NCBI GenBank assembly: GCA_030141605.1
Contig: JAQGDQ010000061.1
Location: forward strand, 686,757-750,756
Direction of reading: 5' to 3'
Length of the DNA stretch: 64,000 bases
Origin: Tubiluchus corallicola
Lineage: Eukaryota > Animalia > Priapulida
Positions 1 to 11,194 of the stretch are shown here, one piece after another; the first letter of the stretch is position 1; each line of letters opens with the position of its first letter. The translations under genes and the position numbers were made by a program. The notes beneath the pieces are model-generated. The model was not told the DNA's origin. It ran no database searches and was given only the letters and a program-made list of their open reading frames with translations.

Positions 1-68
1 TTGTAACTTCCTGGTACAAAAATTTTGCACTGTCAAGCATTATCAAGTCAGTTTAGCAGTTGTGAATA

Positions 69-265
69 TTAAAGCAACGGCAGTTGTAATTTTCTTAGTT
101 AACGAGTAAATTCGTGAATTCAGTCAGCTGTCACACACGAAAAGACAACTGCTTACAGTTTTTGTAATTATATTTACGAAGAACGCACATGATTTTACCT
201 TGTGACTGTTAAAGCAATGGCAGTTGTAAAAGTTGTTTTTCTTAGTTAGTGAGTACAATCGTGAA
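69..265. repeat. Short imperfect direct duplication (~50 bp, two copies)
   Basis: TTAAAGCAA(C/T)GGCAGTTGTAA...TTTTCTTAGTTA..GAGTA..TCGTGAA at ~69 and ~209. Confidence 0.7.
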
Positions 266-500
266 ACAAAGGTTCAGTACAAACAAAATATTAAATCTTA
301 CAGACGCAGCAAGCAGCATGCATAATAATGCATTTCAGGGAGAAAAACCAAGTTTATAGTTTCTGTCTTTGCATTGTTTGGACAATTTCTACCACAAGTT
401 TTTTATCTGTGAAAGCATGTGTAAAAAGTGTGTTGCCTCTATTGTTATGACAAGATTGAAGTCTTCCCTAATAATTAAATCAGTAACAAAGCTGAATTAC

Positions 501-646
501 CTGATAACTCTGCACCCTAGTTGCTGGTCAAGTAGCACAAAGGCATTGATGGAGGAGCCAGCATTCATATGACGGCCTCTGATTGTTACTTTTGTTCCGC
601 CAGATCGAGGACCTACTTTTGGTGATATGCTCGTAATTTGTGGATC
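501..646 (-). CDS. PlexB: Plexin coding exon 15 (next IPT domain)
   Basis: CACTTAG|DPQITSISPKVGPRSGGTKVTIRGRHMNAGSSINAFVLLDQQLGCRVI|GTAATT; 146 nt, phase 0-2. Confidence 0.95.
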
Positions 647-1085
647 CTAAGTGAAAAATAAAAAGTGGTCATTGAATTAATTTTTGCTGACAGGCAGAGA
701 CGAGTGATGATTTAGCAAGAGGATTACTTATAAATACCAGAATGGTTTTACTAATGAAATAAACGACTATATATATATATATTATCATTTTTACAAATGA
801 TAAATGAGAGTAGACGACTTTATTTCTTGAGAAGTTACATTGACAACATATGCAACATATCAAAAAATCCTACGATACTTGTGCAAAAAAATGCTGGTTC
901 ACAAATTTATGAAAATAAAAATTAATGCACAATGCACACTCAAACACAGGTAACTGACAATTGGTAATTTTACCCAATTTTGTATCCGTATTTACAGTTG
1001 AAAAAATGCAGCAATCATTTTCTATTAACTCATGAAAGCTCTTTCAAAAAGAAGAAGTGTTGTAGTAGAAAATAAAAATACTAAC

Positions 1086-1197
1086 CACAAATTTGAAAGG
1101 GCTAGGTGCAGAACCTTCATACCGGCTATCGCGTCGTATTACAACCTTGAAGCGACCCTTTGAACTTTTATTGGTGGCCTTAGTCTTGCAAACAATT
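1086..1197 (-). CDS. PlexB: Plexin coding exon 14 (end of IPT)
   Basis: ATTCTAG|(Q)IVCKTKATNKSSKGRFKVVIRRDSRYEGSAPSPFKFV|GTTAGT; 112 nt, phase 2-0. Confidence 0.93.
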
Positions 1198-1254
1198 CTA
1201 GAATATGCAAAGTACACTCAAAAATTGTAGGCAATGCCGAAAATATTTACCAGA

Positions 1255-1450
1255 CGATAAGTGACAATGTGACACATTCTCTGCCCACAAGTGACAAAGC
1301 GACACATTCTTTCCTCACAAGTGACCACATGACTCACTCTGCTCACAAGTGACAATGTGCTAACTTCTCCAGACATAATAATACGACTTTTCTCAACATA
1401 CAAGTGATAACAAAAAAAATTCTCTGTTCGCAAGTGACAACGTGAACCAT
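1255..1450. repeat. Degenerate ~30-bp minisatellite
   Basis: AAGTGA(C) core recurs with GTGA at 1261, 1291, 1321, 1349, 1404 and 1434, usually followed by a CATTCT-like segment. Confidence 0.75.
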
Positions 1451-1621
1451 TTTCTCCTTGCAAAACAATAAATAAAAGGCATTTGATAAGTTTTACACCC
1501 AGTCGATAGTTTCAATAAAAACAGTGAAATTTTATAATGAAACAACTACGTTCGCAGCTCAAGGCAAGTTTTCTCATTTAAGTAAAAAAATAATGTAGGC
1601 ATCATTAGTTTAAACACTTAC

Positions 1622-1773
1622 TGCCGTGTTGGGATATAGCTATGCTTGTATGGAACACATTCGTTATCAGCCACGAAAACGCCTTCTTTGATATCATCAA
1701 AAGTTAAACCCAAGTTATACCCAGATATGGTGACATCGGTTCCACCTTCATAGGGTCCAGTTTTTGGCTTTAC
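1622..1773 (-). CDS. PlexB: Plexin coding exon 13 (IPT domain)
   Basis: TTTACAG|VKPKTGPYEGGTDVTISGYNLGLTFDDIKEGVFVADNECVPYKHSYIPTR(Q)|GTAAGT; 152 nt, phase 0-2; IPT motif PxxGPxxGGTxVTIxGxNLG. Confidence 0.96.
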
Positions 1774-2027
1774 CTGTAAAAATACACTGAGTATTATTTT
1801 CCAGGAAAATAAAATACAGATATAGTTTGTTAGAGTGGTTTGTTGATGGGCCGCTTTCTACAAATCTATACAATAAGTAACTCTAAACGCAATAGCATTC
1901 ATAACTACAATCCTTACAATCAATTTGTGACACAGTTGTTACTAAAAATTTGTACAAAGGAGTTACCGCCATTCATAATGCGCACAGTATTCAAACTTTT
2001 ACCAATAACCTATTTGGACAGACTCAC

Positions 2028-2203
2028 CTCTTCAATTGTGGGGTTGGGGCAAATTGATTGACCGTCCAGAAAGTCATACGTCGGACAAGTCTCCTTAGTT
2101 TTGCATTTTTCTTCATCTTGACACCACGCGCAACGATATTTTGGATCAAGTGTTAAACAGAAGCCACACCGTGCTGCCATCTTCTCGCACTTATACACAG
2201 TAA
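2028..2203 (-). CDS. PlexB: Plexin coding exon 12 (PSI 3)
   Basis: ACTATAG|(I)TVYKCEKMAARCGFCLTLDPKYRCAWCQ...ICPNPTIEE|GTGAGT; 176 nt, phase 1-0. Confidence 0.95.
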
Positions 2204-2745
2204 CTATAGTAAGAACAGAAAAAACTCAGTGATTATTACATTACCTTTGTACTATTGATTAAAGTTAAAAAGAGGATTTATATAACGAAAATCTTTATTC
2301 ATTTATAATAATGTGAAACCAGACACATGGGCCAGCGGGGAAAAAATCAAAGACACAAAAACGGCTTTAAAATTTTTTGAACTACTTCATTCAATTCAAA
2401 TAAGTGCATTTTTCACACGCCTCGTAAAAAATATACAAGGACTGCACATATTTTTTCTTATGTGAGCTCTCTCTATTTTGTGGTAATTGAGTTACATAAA
2501 CGATTCACACCTACATTCTTTTCCCTAGAATGTTTGCTGCCATGTTTTGTCATATGTATACTAGCCCACATGCAAGTTGGCTAATTCTATTGCTTCGGGC
2601 AATAATATATAACATATGTAACATTATAAACATTACATACATAGAAATTGTTTAGACAACGCTTTATGTAACCTTTTATCAGCAAACATTTTCAAACTGA
2701 AACTAGTATGCAGATTAAAAGTAAAAATTAAAAACAAAAATTTAC

Positions 2746-2848
2746 TTTTAATATTTTTTGGATTGTCCAAGGGTCTATTGTCACTAGTGGGGCCATACAG
2801 AATAGCAAACTGCACTGGCATACTTTCCACTGGTCTGTTGTACTCAAA
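2746..2848 (-). CDS. PlexB: Plexin coding exon 11
   Basis: TTTGCAG|FEYNRPVESMPVQFAILYGPTSDNRPLDNPKNIK|GTAAAT; 103 nt, phase 0-1; plexin 'LDNP' motif. Confidence 0.92.
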
Positions 2849-3151
2849 CTGCAAAAAACAGGATACATTAATTTGAATTGAACTGAATTAAATTTATTGA
2901 CTAACTGGGATAATGAATGTTAATAATACATCACATACAATGTTATAACGAGTTAGTCCAAATTAAAAACAACATCGGTAACAAAAAGTTAAAAGATCAC
3001 ACAGATAAAAACACAGGTTCACAATGAACAAACTGATTACAACAAATCATGTTAGATGTCAAATATAACATTCAATTGAAATGAAGGAGTAACTTTGTAA
3101 GACTTATTGCAAATAACTGTAGCATCGAATGGTATAAACTGTTTACTAAAT

Positions 3152-3255
3152 TTAAAATGAATATTGATTCAGGCAAAAATTATTCAAGCATCAGTTTTGT
3201 TACTGTTTCCTAATATTAAAATGAATATTGATTCAGGCAAAAATTATTCAAGCAT
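3152..3255. repeat. Tandem ~40-bp duplication
   Basis: TTAAAATGAATATTGATTCAGGCAAAAATTATTCAAGCAT present twice. Confidence 0.8.
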
Positions 3256-3513
3256 GTTCTTACATAGTTTCATTATTTCGGCTACTGCATTTGTACTATC
3301 CATTACATTGTTAGAATTAAAAAAATCACATGAGAAATTAAACTTAATATTGCTGCTCTAGTTCCAAATAGCAGACTGCATGGCAGGAAGATTTGCATCA
3401 CACATAACTTTTTTGTTCCCTAGAAATATCAAAATGAATAACAAAAATCATCATTTACAGCATCCTATCTTATATGAGACTTTAACAGATGTACATAAAC
3501 AAGAGCAACATAC

Positions 3514-3642
3514 CTTAAACCAACCACATTTTATATCAGCAGAAATGAGACCAGACTCATAAGTTGCAGGTACCGTGGTTACGCGTCCATCTACATTGTA
3601 CTGACATCTGAAGGGAGCAATCCTGTCATCCTGAACTATATC
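3514..3642 (-). CDS. PlexB: Plexin coding exon 10 (TIG-like)
   Basis: TCTTTAG|DIVQDDRIAPFRCQYNVDGRVTTVPATYESGLISADIKCGWFK|GTATGT; 129 nt, phase 0-0. Confidence 0.92.
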
Positions 3643-3758
3643 CTAAAGACAAAAAGGAACAACAGTAGTAATGCATGATGGAATTGGAAAATGCAGTATT
3701 TTGCAATTTTCAATACCACAAAGCATATTTACAGTAAATTTCTGCAGCTTTAACTGAC

Positions 3759-3884
3759 CTCAACATTAATAGCTTGAACTACAACTTGGGTGTCACTCGA
3801 ACCGGACGCAATGAGGAATTCAGTAGTGGAACTGTTGATTTGGGGGCAAAAGTCGGGGCCTGGGCGATTGCTTCGACCAGGAAC
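3759..3884 (-). CDS. PlexB: Plexin coding exon 9
   Basis: ATTACAG|VPGRSNRPGPDFCPQINSSTTEFLIASGSSDTQVVVQAINVE|GTCAGT; 126 nt, phase 0-0. Confidence 0.92.
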
Positions 3885-4223
3885 CTGTAATACAATCAAG
3901 AACAGTCATTAAAATATTAATTTTAATACAATACAAAATTTGCTTAACTTACATAACTTACGTAACATAACATAACATAATTTACATAACTTATTTTTCA
4001 ACCTGCGTAACTTAAAATTTCAAAAAGCTTTTACATCTTAAACTAATTCAATTTTCCAATTACTGATACTAAGATAAAATGTAGAGCAATGTTTGCAATT
4101 TTGCATACTTCAATAAATTCATAATAAATGCTTGAAAACCTCTAGATTTATACACTTACAATGAACTTTTGAAAATATCTAAAACTATGCATCTATATGG
4201 AGAAGTTGTGGTTTTTTTTAGCT

Positions 4224-4470
4224 ATAAAGAATGAATTTTTCTGTAAAGAATAAGACATGGTTGATCAATCTTTGTCTATACAGGTTACCAATATTGGCAT
4301 ATTTGCTGAAAATAACGAGAGAGCATCCAACACTGAGTCCAGTAAGCAATAAAGAATGAATTTTTCTGTAAAGAATAAAACATGGTTGATCAATTTTTGT
4401 CTATACAGGTTACCAATATTAGCATATTTGCTGAAAATAACGAAAGAGCTACTAACACTGAGTCCAGTAA
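4224..4470. repeat. 125-bp tandem duplication spanning the exon 8 donor
   Basis: Two highly similar copies (~4224-4345 and ~4349-4470), both ending AACACTGAGTCCAGTAA. Confidence 0.9.
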
Positions 4471-4571
4471 TAATGTGATCGTCTCGACAGTAGGAGGCAA
4501 TATCGTGCGTGCATCTGTGTTTACTTCGGCACCAATTACAAGCAAAGCTACTGTTCGTACAAGATGTACAG
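4457..4571 (-). CDS. PlexB: Plexin coding exon 8 (PSI 2)
   Basis: ATTTCAG|(S)CTSCTNSSFACNWCRSKHRCTHDIASYCRDDHIITGLS|GTTAGT; 115 nt, phase 2-0. Confidence 0.94.
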
Positions 4572-5349
4572 CTGAAATGAAAATGCGCATTGTTATAATA
4601 CATGTAGTAAACATTTTAAATAAACATCACCAAAAAACATTTACCAGGCGATATTTAGGCATGTTGACTGTTTGCACTGTACTGTGTAATGCTCTTTTTT
4701 TCTAATGTTAATAAGATTTTTTTCTTTTTCTTGTGTGATTCTTAAGAGTTCCACAGCTGTAAGAGCTACGAAAAATGTCAATTGTCACTGTAAGTTACAT
4801 TGGTTATTAAATTGCATGTGACTGTAAGTTGCATCATATTGGTGCGTTAAAAATTATATAGATACTAATACATTACAAGTTTACGTTACTAATTTATTAA
4901 CGTGCAAACATGATTTTATTATATAAATCATATAAAATTTATCTATTATAAATTGTCGATTAATTATAAATTATATAACTCTCCCACAAATTGTTACTAG
5001 CATCACTAAATTAATTAAACTAATTATAAAGCTTATAAATAGCAGTGGCTGCAAGGTGACCATATGTCGTCTCTTGCCACCCCACCTTAATACAGCTATA
5101 CGAAATTGTGCATTGTATACTATATTATGTTATAAATGTGTTTCATTGGCAGAAATAACTAAAATCTTAATCTTAATCTTAGGCATGAATAATACAATGA
5201 AAATACATAGAAGAAAATTTGATAACATGGTTTTAGCACAGTCTGTAAAGTGAAATACAAAGCTCAACTAAAGGCGTCTCCACAAGCTTGGTTGCACATT
5301 GTAACAGCTATCAACTACAAATAAACGGTAAAGCTAAAACTATACATAC

Positions 5350-5443
5350 GATTTGAATAGATTGCAGTCGTATAATCGGAAATCGGTCGATACAAACTCA
5401 GGACTACCGACCACTTTTACAGACAGTTTGGTTGTGTAGTATT
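5350..5443 (-). CDS. PlexB: Plexin coding exon 7
   Basis: ATTCTAG|(Q)YYTTKLSVKVVGSPEFVSTDFRLYDCNLFK(S)|GTATGT; 94 nt, phase 1-2; matches the plexin 'FVSTxFxxYDC' motif. Confidence 0.93.
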
Positions 5444-6022
5444 CTAGAATAAGCAAAAAATAGCACAGCATTAATTAAATATCAATAAAAAGAATAGAAC
5501 TAATGTAGTTAGATTTTCTAGCTTAAAGAAAATGACAAGTCATTTAGCATATTGGCTTTATTTTACCGTTGTTACTTAAACTTAGAAATATACATTAAAG
5601 AAATTTGCAAAAAACTGTCTATAAAGCATAAAGTTAACTTATACTACAGTTGTACAGAAATTTTCAAGAGCGGTGGTAGCCGCCATTCACTTAAAAATGA
5701 TCATGTAACTTGTGGACTTCATGACTTTTCATAAGGGCATCAAGGGGGTTCGTAAGCGCGAGTTGCTTAAACAAATTCAAACTTCTGCACCTCAATTAAT
5801 GTTCATGCAAAAATATCATAAAAATTAGCTGTTTTTGGAAAAACTTATTAAGTTTTTGATGGAAACTGACAGTGCGCTAGTTTTCTTTAGATGAATAGAA
5901 GTTCCCAGAGAGCCTGGTCTTTCCTTTTATCCTAAACCAACTTTGTACACAGAGGTAATCACTTTGCCTATTTACAAAACCTGATTACAAAATAATGTTA
6001 AAACAAACAACAAGACACTTAC

Positions 6023-6209
6023 GTTCGCCGTATGGTATGGGAGCCAGTTCGCTGCTAAGTGGAGTCCTGCATTTCACTCCAGCTTTTTCTTCTCCACCTT
6101 CACTCCACATAGTGCGGTTAGCAGCTGTTTGTAAGGAATCGCCAAATGCAGTGAAGACACACATGAATTGTCCAGAAAGTTTCGGAAAATGATCAATCTT
6201 AATGTCCAG
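6023..6209 (-). CDS. PlexB: Plexin coding exon 6 (TIG-like)
   Basis: TTTTCAG|LDIKIDHFPKLSGQFMCVF...VKCRTPLSSELAPIPYGE|GTAAGT; 187 nt, phase 0-1. Confidence 0.93.
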
Positions 6210-6755
6210 CTGAAAAAAATGGGTTTGTGTAGGCAACAATGTTAATATAGGTGAAACAGTCATCCATAGGACACACTTACTTAGTTCTAAGCAAGTTATT
6301 CAACACGCCCAATCTTGACCCAGATTGGTAGAAGCATAGATAAAAATAGAAGAAGCAGCATAAACCAGGTTTGCTTATTGAGTTAGAATAACCTGGTAAA
6401 ATGATAAATCTTGATAAGCAGATGTAAACAACGAGCTTTCTCGTGAGTTATGAAAAATTATTGTATGCTCCAGCAGTTTAATTCGTTTTTCGATCTCAGA
6501 TAAGCTGCTGATTCTGGAATACATCATTTTGCAACTTCTGCCAACTAGCATTACCAAAAACGCATACAGATTCTGATGTTATGCTTAACCACATGAACCT
6601 TCAAATAACTTTATAATCTTTATTTTAAAGGTTCCACGTACAAAAAAATCCTTGAATCACGAGTTTAAAATAAAATCTAGTTAATCTACAAAGATTAGGA
6701 TAAGAAATTAGCACAAAAAATTGGCATTAAGGAAATTATAACGATGGCAACTTAC

Positions 6756-6885
6756 TGTTTGTGCTAGAGTAATTTGCAGTTGATTCGGATAGACTTCAGT
6801 TATGACCGAGCATTGACCATTTCTGTACATAACCCAGTTTAAATCATCAGTGGATCCATGTAAGCATTCGGAGCTAGGACTGCAT
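6756..6885 (-). CDS. PlexB: Plexin coding exon 5 (end of PSI 1, start of TIG)
   Basis: CTTATAG|(K)CSPSSECLHGSTDDLNWVMYRNGQCSVITEVYPNQLQITLAQT|GTAAGT; 130 nt, phase 2-0. Confidence 0.94.
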
Positions 6886-8055
6886 CTATAAGAGAAACAA
6901 TAAACAATGGTTAAACCAAAGCTCAATGCTGTTACAAACTAGCAAAAACATAATTTTGCTATTTGACTGAAAACGATCTTCTCAACACTTGTTGGGAAGT
7001 ATTTTATTTTCTTCAAATATTAAAAACATACATATTACAAACACCCCTTATAAATTCAAGAAACATGCTTTACATTGAAATCTTAACTGAACTTGTGTTT
7101 TAGTTTCAATAATGACAGCTAGACATGGGTCAATGATAACACAGATGGACTGATGTTCTTCACAAACAACAGTCAGAAAAGAATTAAGTGAAAAAATCAT
7201 TCAAGCATGCAGTAGAATCGTCAATAATATTGTGCAACATTATATATTATGCTATAGTATTGAGCGTCTACAGGCAATGTTCATGACTGTTCAGTTATGC
7301 TTCAATATTACTGTGTTGTGTAATATATTGCAATAAAAATATTGAAACGAAAATATTGCCCAATATCACTGACAATCACATTGTGCACGTTTATGTCCTC
7401 TTAAACAATACTTGTAATACTGGTACTTACACCAACGTTTAAAAAAGGCCCATTCAGTATATATAACTCAATGCTACATACATAGACCAAACATAAAGGG
7501 TACGGGGCTACCACATAAACAAATATTAAATATTCAAAATCATCTTTAACCCCGCACCCTAGGTGTTTTGTTCAGCATGAAGTGACGATCGAATTTGATG
7601 CATTTCCAAAAAGCATCGAATTCACGTAAAAGACTGCCTAAACAATTAACACTGACACAGCATACTGTTCTCATAAGTGAAGATCAAATGAAAGCTACAA
7701 AAATTGCTTGTTGAATTATTTATGAAGCTGTAGGCCAATTTTTAGGACACCGTAACAAAACTAATTCAAATCATATTACCAATTTGAACAATATAGTTGG
7801 CTAAAGAATAGCAAATAGAAATTTTCCTCAGCCAGCAAGTGCTACAGCAGGCTTCACAATTTACACTTTACAGCACCATTAATTAGTTTGATTGTTTTGA
7901 GTGCCAAAAGAACCATGAACAATAAGAATCCGTGAAAAATGCTTGTTGTTCATCAGTTCATTGTAGCAGCATTATTATACCGTGCAGACATAAAATTAAT
8001 TTTTTGCACATTGCTTTAAATTGTTTTGTATAATGTACGGATTATCATTGCTTAC

Positions 8056-8156
8056 TTATTTTCTACAGAGCACCAACCACAGTATGGATCCCGAGCACCA
8101 AGGCATTCTTGACAAGTAGAATACTTGTAACAATCCCGCACCACCACTTTGCTCAC
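8056..8156 (-). CDS. PlexB: Plexin coding exon 4 (PSI 1)
   Basis: TTTACAG|VSKVVVRDCYKYSTCQECLGARDPYCGWCSVEN(K)|GTAAGC; 101 nt, phase 0-2; canonical PSI DPYCGWC. Confidence 0.96.
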
Positions 8157-10286
8157 CTGTAAACAACAAGTACATACCTTGATTAAAGAATCATATAAAG
8201 AAACAGACAGTAGCAATTCTTCATGCTTCTCAAATGACCAACAACACTTTTAGCATTTAACTCTTTCTGTTACTTCATAAAATGGCTTACCTGCTGCAGG
8301 TAAATGGATGATTAAAAATCATTTTCTTTAAAGCACATCATGCACTTCTAAACTGTGCATTTTAATTTTGCCTCATTGGATATTTAATTTCGTGTTCATT
8401 TACTGCACATCAATTAAACAAAAGAAACTTTTATAGGAGCAAAATGAAAAAATCGAAAAACTAGTAAAACCACAAAGAGCGCATTTATCGAGCTGCAAAA
8501 TAAACTGATAGACATTGAAAACAAAATGAGTTCCACATCTGTGTTAAAATAACACTACAGCAACTTTCAGAAAATTTACGATAAGAGCAAAAGTAGTTAT
8601 AAGGTTTCGACTTGTGTTTTGTAACAGCAGGAAGCACAAAAGCAACGTAGTTAGATGTGTGATTGTTTTTCAGAATTGCAAAGTGTCGAATGCATAAAGT
8701 AAGCTTACATATGAACCTGCCTGAACTTGCTTTTCGAAATTTACTCATTAAAATTCTGGACATTTCTAGGTAATCGAAAGTCACTCCCTTCTAGCAGATC
8801 AACTAACATTTGATCAGCACAGTATGATATAACGTGATGAAGAGGGTTCATTGGTTTTGTAAAGCAAGAATTGTCAAGTTTGTGATCAAAATAAAGCGTT
8901 CTGGTGAAAAGACAATTTTTCTTTTCTTTAATTGTATACATTGAAATGAAGTGCAAGGTTTGACTGATGCAATACCATTTTTGTATGAAACTTTAAATTA
9001 GACTGGAAGAAACCAGCTAGCGAATTGCACACTAAACTAAATACATGGTAGTCGCTAGACGTTTAAACTTTTTAAAACTTCCTTGATGTAACGATTTGTT
9101 ACCTTTCAATACTTACTTACATCATATGTTTAGGTATTTACATTGATATTACTTTGACAAACTCAAGGTAATTATGTATTAGCTAACATTAATCAAGATC
9201 TTAGAACTTGGACAATTCACTAATACAGGTTCCACAGAACTTCTTATTTTGTTTTATTTTCACAATATCTTCATTTTACCGTGTAATTTGTTTGGATTCT
9301 GTTTAAATCATTTAACATTTGTAAACCACTTTAATTAAAATGTAAGGGAAATTGCTTTACACATTATCTTTAATGTTTGCCTTTTTTCAGATGTAATGAG
9401 AACTGCATTGCACTGAACTGTCATCGCAAAAATAGGAGCTCTGTCAGACTTACACCACCAGTGTTAACTTGAAAGCTTCAATAATTGGAACAGCAAAGCT
9501 AAGAATGAACTTCTGACACCTTGAATTTTTTCAGCAAATTGCTCGAGGGATATCTCCACTCTTCACCAACACTGCAGAAAACCTGTTGGGACCTGCACAT
9601 GTATATCCAACGTCAGTGCAATTACATCACAATGGCTGAACCCTTTCTTCTGTCAACCTTCAAATCTGGCAAAATAACCTGGTTCTTTTGCGGAACCAAT
9701 CGGCCATGAATCATTGTCCAAACACTCGACAGGGAATCCACAATTAGCTCCAATGGCGGGTTTAATTCGCACGCCAAACAGGAATCTTTAGATTAAACAC
9801 GTTAAAGTAATTGCACCGCATGCCATAAGGGAGGGGGATCACACACATCAGGTCATTTTATGTGAAACTTATTAAATTACATGCTGGTGTAACAGAAATT
9901 TACGAAACGCTTATATTGCGATCCGGTTATGAGACGAATCAATGAAATTTTTCAGAAAACTAATAAAGCAAATATCCTTTTGTTGTGGAAATGTAGAAAA
10001 ATATTTGTCAGTCTTGCTAGACAACCAAAGGTTTGCTGCTAAAGTATGCAATATCTTCAACAGTCACGGAAAAAATTGAGGAGAGGCACGCATGAGAAGA
10101 ATGTGGTTGAAGAATTTCGGCAGTTTGGCCATTACACAACAGTGCAGAAGTACATACAAAAAACGATGTGTGTAAGTAAAAATAAAGTAATCAGTTGAGT
10201 GACTGAAAAAAATCATTTTGTGAGAGTAATAAGAGACAGAGACAAAGTCTTATGAGCAATAGAGACATGCGACGTTTTTACATAAC

Positions 10287-10338
10287 CACACACACGCACG
10301 CAGCGCGCGCGCGTGCGCACGCACGCACACACACACAT
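10287..10338. repeat. Mixed (CA)n/(CG)n alternating purine-pyrimidine tract
   Basis: CACACACACGCACGCAGCGCGCGCGCGTGCGCACGCACGCACACACACACAT. Confidence 0.85.
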
Positions 10339-10473
10339 CATGCAACTCTTCCTAGAGAAAAATAGCTTGGTAGATTTGTACCACCACCTCCCTAGCACGC
10401 ATTTCTGACCTTTCTTTCATGGGACTATACTCAGCATGCAAATGTATTGATGGGTGTACATTATATAGCTGAC

Positions 10474-10602
10474 CTGATGAGGTGTCATCGCATACACATG
10501 CTTTTCCATGAGGTCCAAGGTCATGTCTGGCAGAACCGGCTGACCAGGGTCCACTAGCAGTTCTTCGTATTCATTGGCTGAAGTGGCACTATTGACAGTG
10601 AC
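10474..10602 (-). CDS. PlexB: Plexin coding exon 3 (Sema C-terminal end)
   Basis: TTTTTTAG|VTVNSATSANEYEELLVDPGQPVLPDMTLDLMEKHVYAMTPHQ|GTCAGC; 129 nt, phase 0-0; not in the ORF track. Confidence 0.93.
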
Positions 10603-11194
10603 CTAAAAAAACAACAACATTTATTTTGTTAACAATAAACAACAAATTCAAAAAGTAAATTATAATGATTATAAATGGTAGAACAACAACGATATTCATG
10701 ATTTTATAGTATTTCTGTAACTGAAAGTCAATGAATGTAATGGCGATTAATTATACAATTAATGCACATTGTCTTGTGTGGGTTTAATAGTAAACTGAGG
10801 TCAAGCCATGCAAGTTCAGTTGCATTTTGTTTGTCATAAGAAAATTCAACATATTAAGTGTAAGGAAATCACTGTCAGCATCAGCCACGTATTGGATAAA
10901 GAAACAACACGAATATCTGTAAGGCACAACTGCCAAGTATTCATATATAACTCGATTTGTATAGATGCGCCGACTAAATTATAAAGTACGTGTACAGTAA
11001 GCTTAAAACAGGCAAAAATTGCAGCTTATGCTTATTCATCGCTATGTACATGTGGGCTTAATTTACCAATAAAAAATCTAGGTTCACTAATATCAGCATA
11101 AGGCTGCAAAAAGACGTTCCAAACCTCCTTAATCTCCATAAACAAGGCAACCAATTTATTTTAAACTACTGTTTACAACATGAATTCACGTGTC

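Noticed and set aside
1255-1450. CRISPR-like repeat/spacer array
   Set aside because: Conserved core is only ~8 bp, the spacers are related to each other, it lies in a eukaryotic intron, and there are no cas genes.
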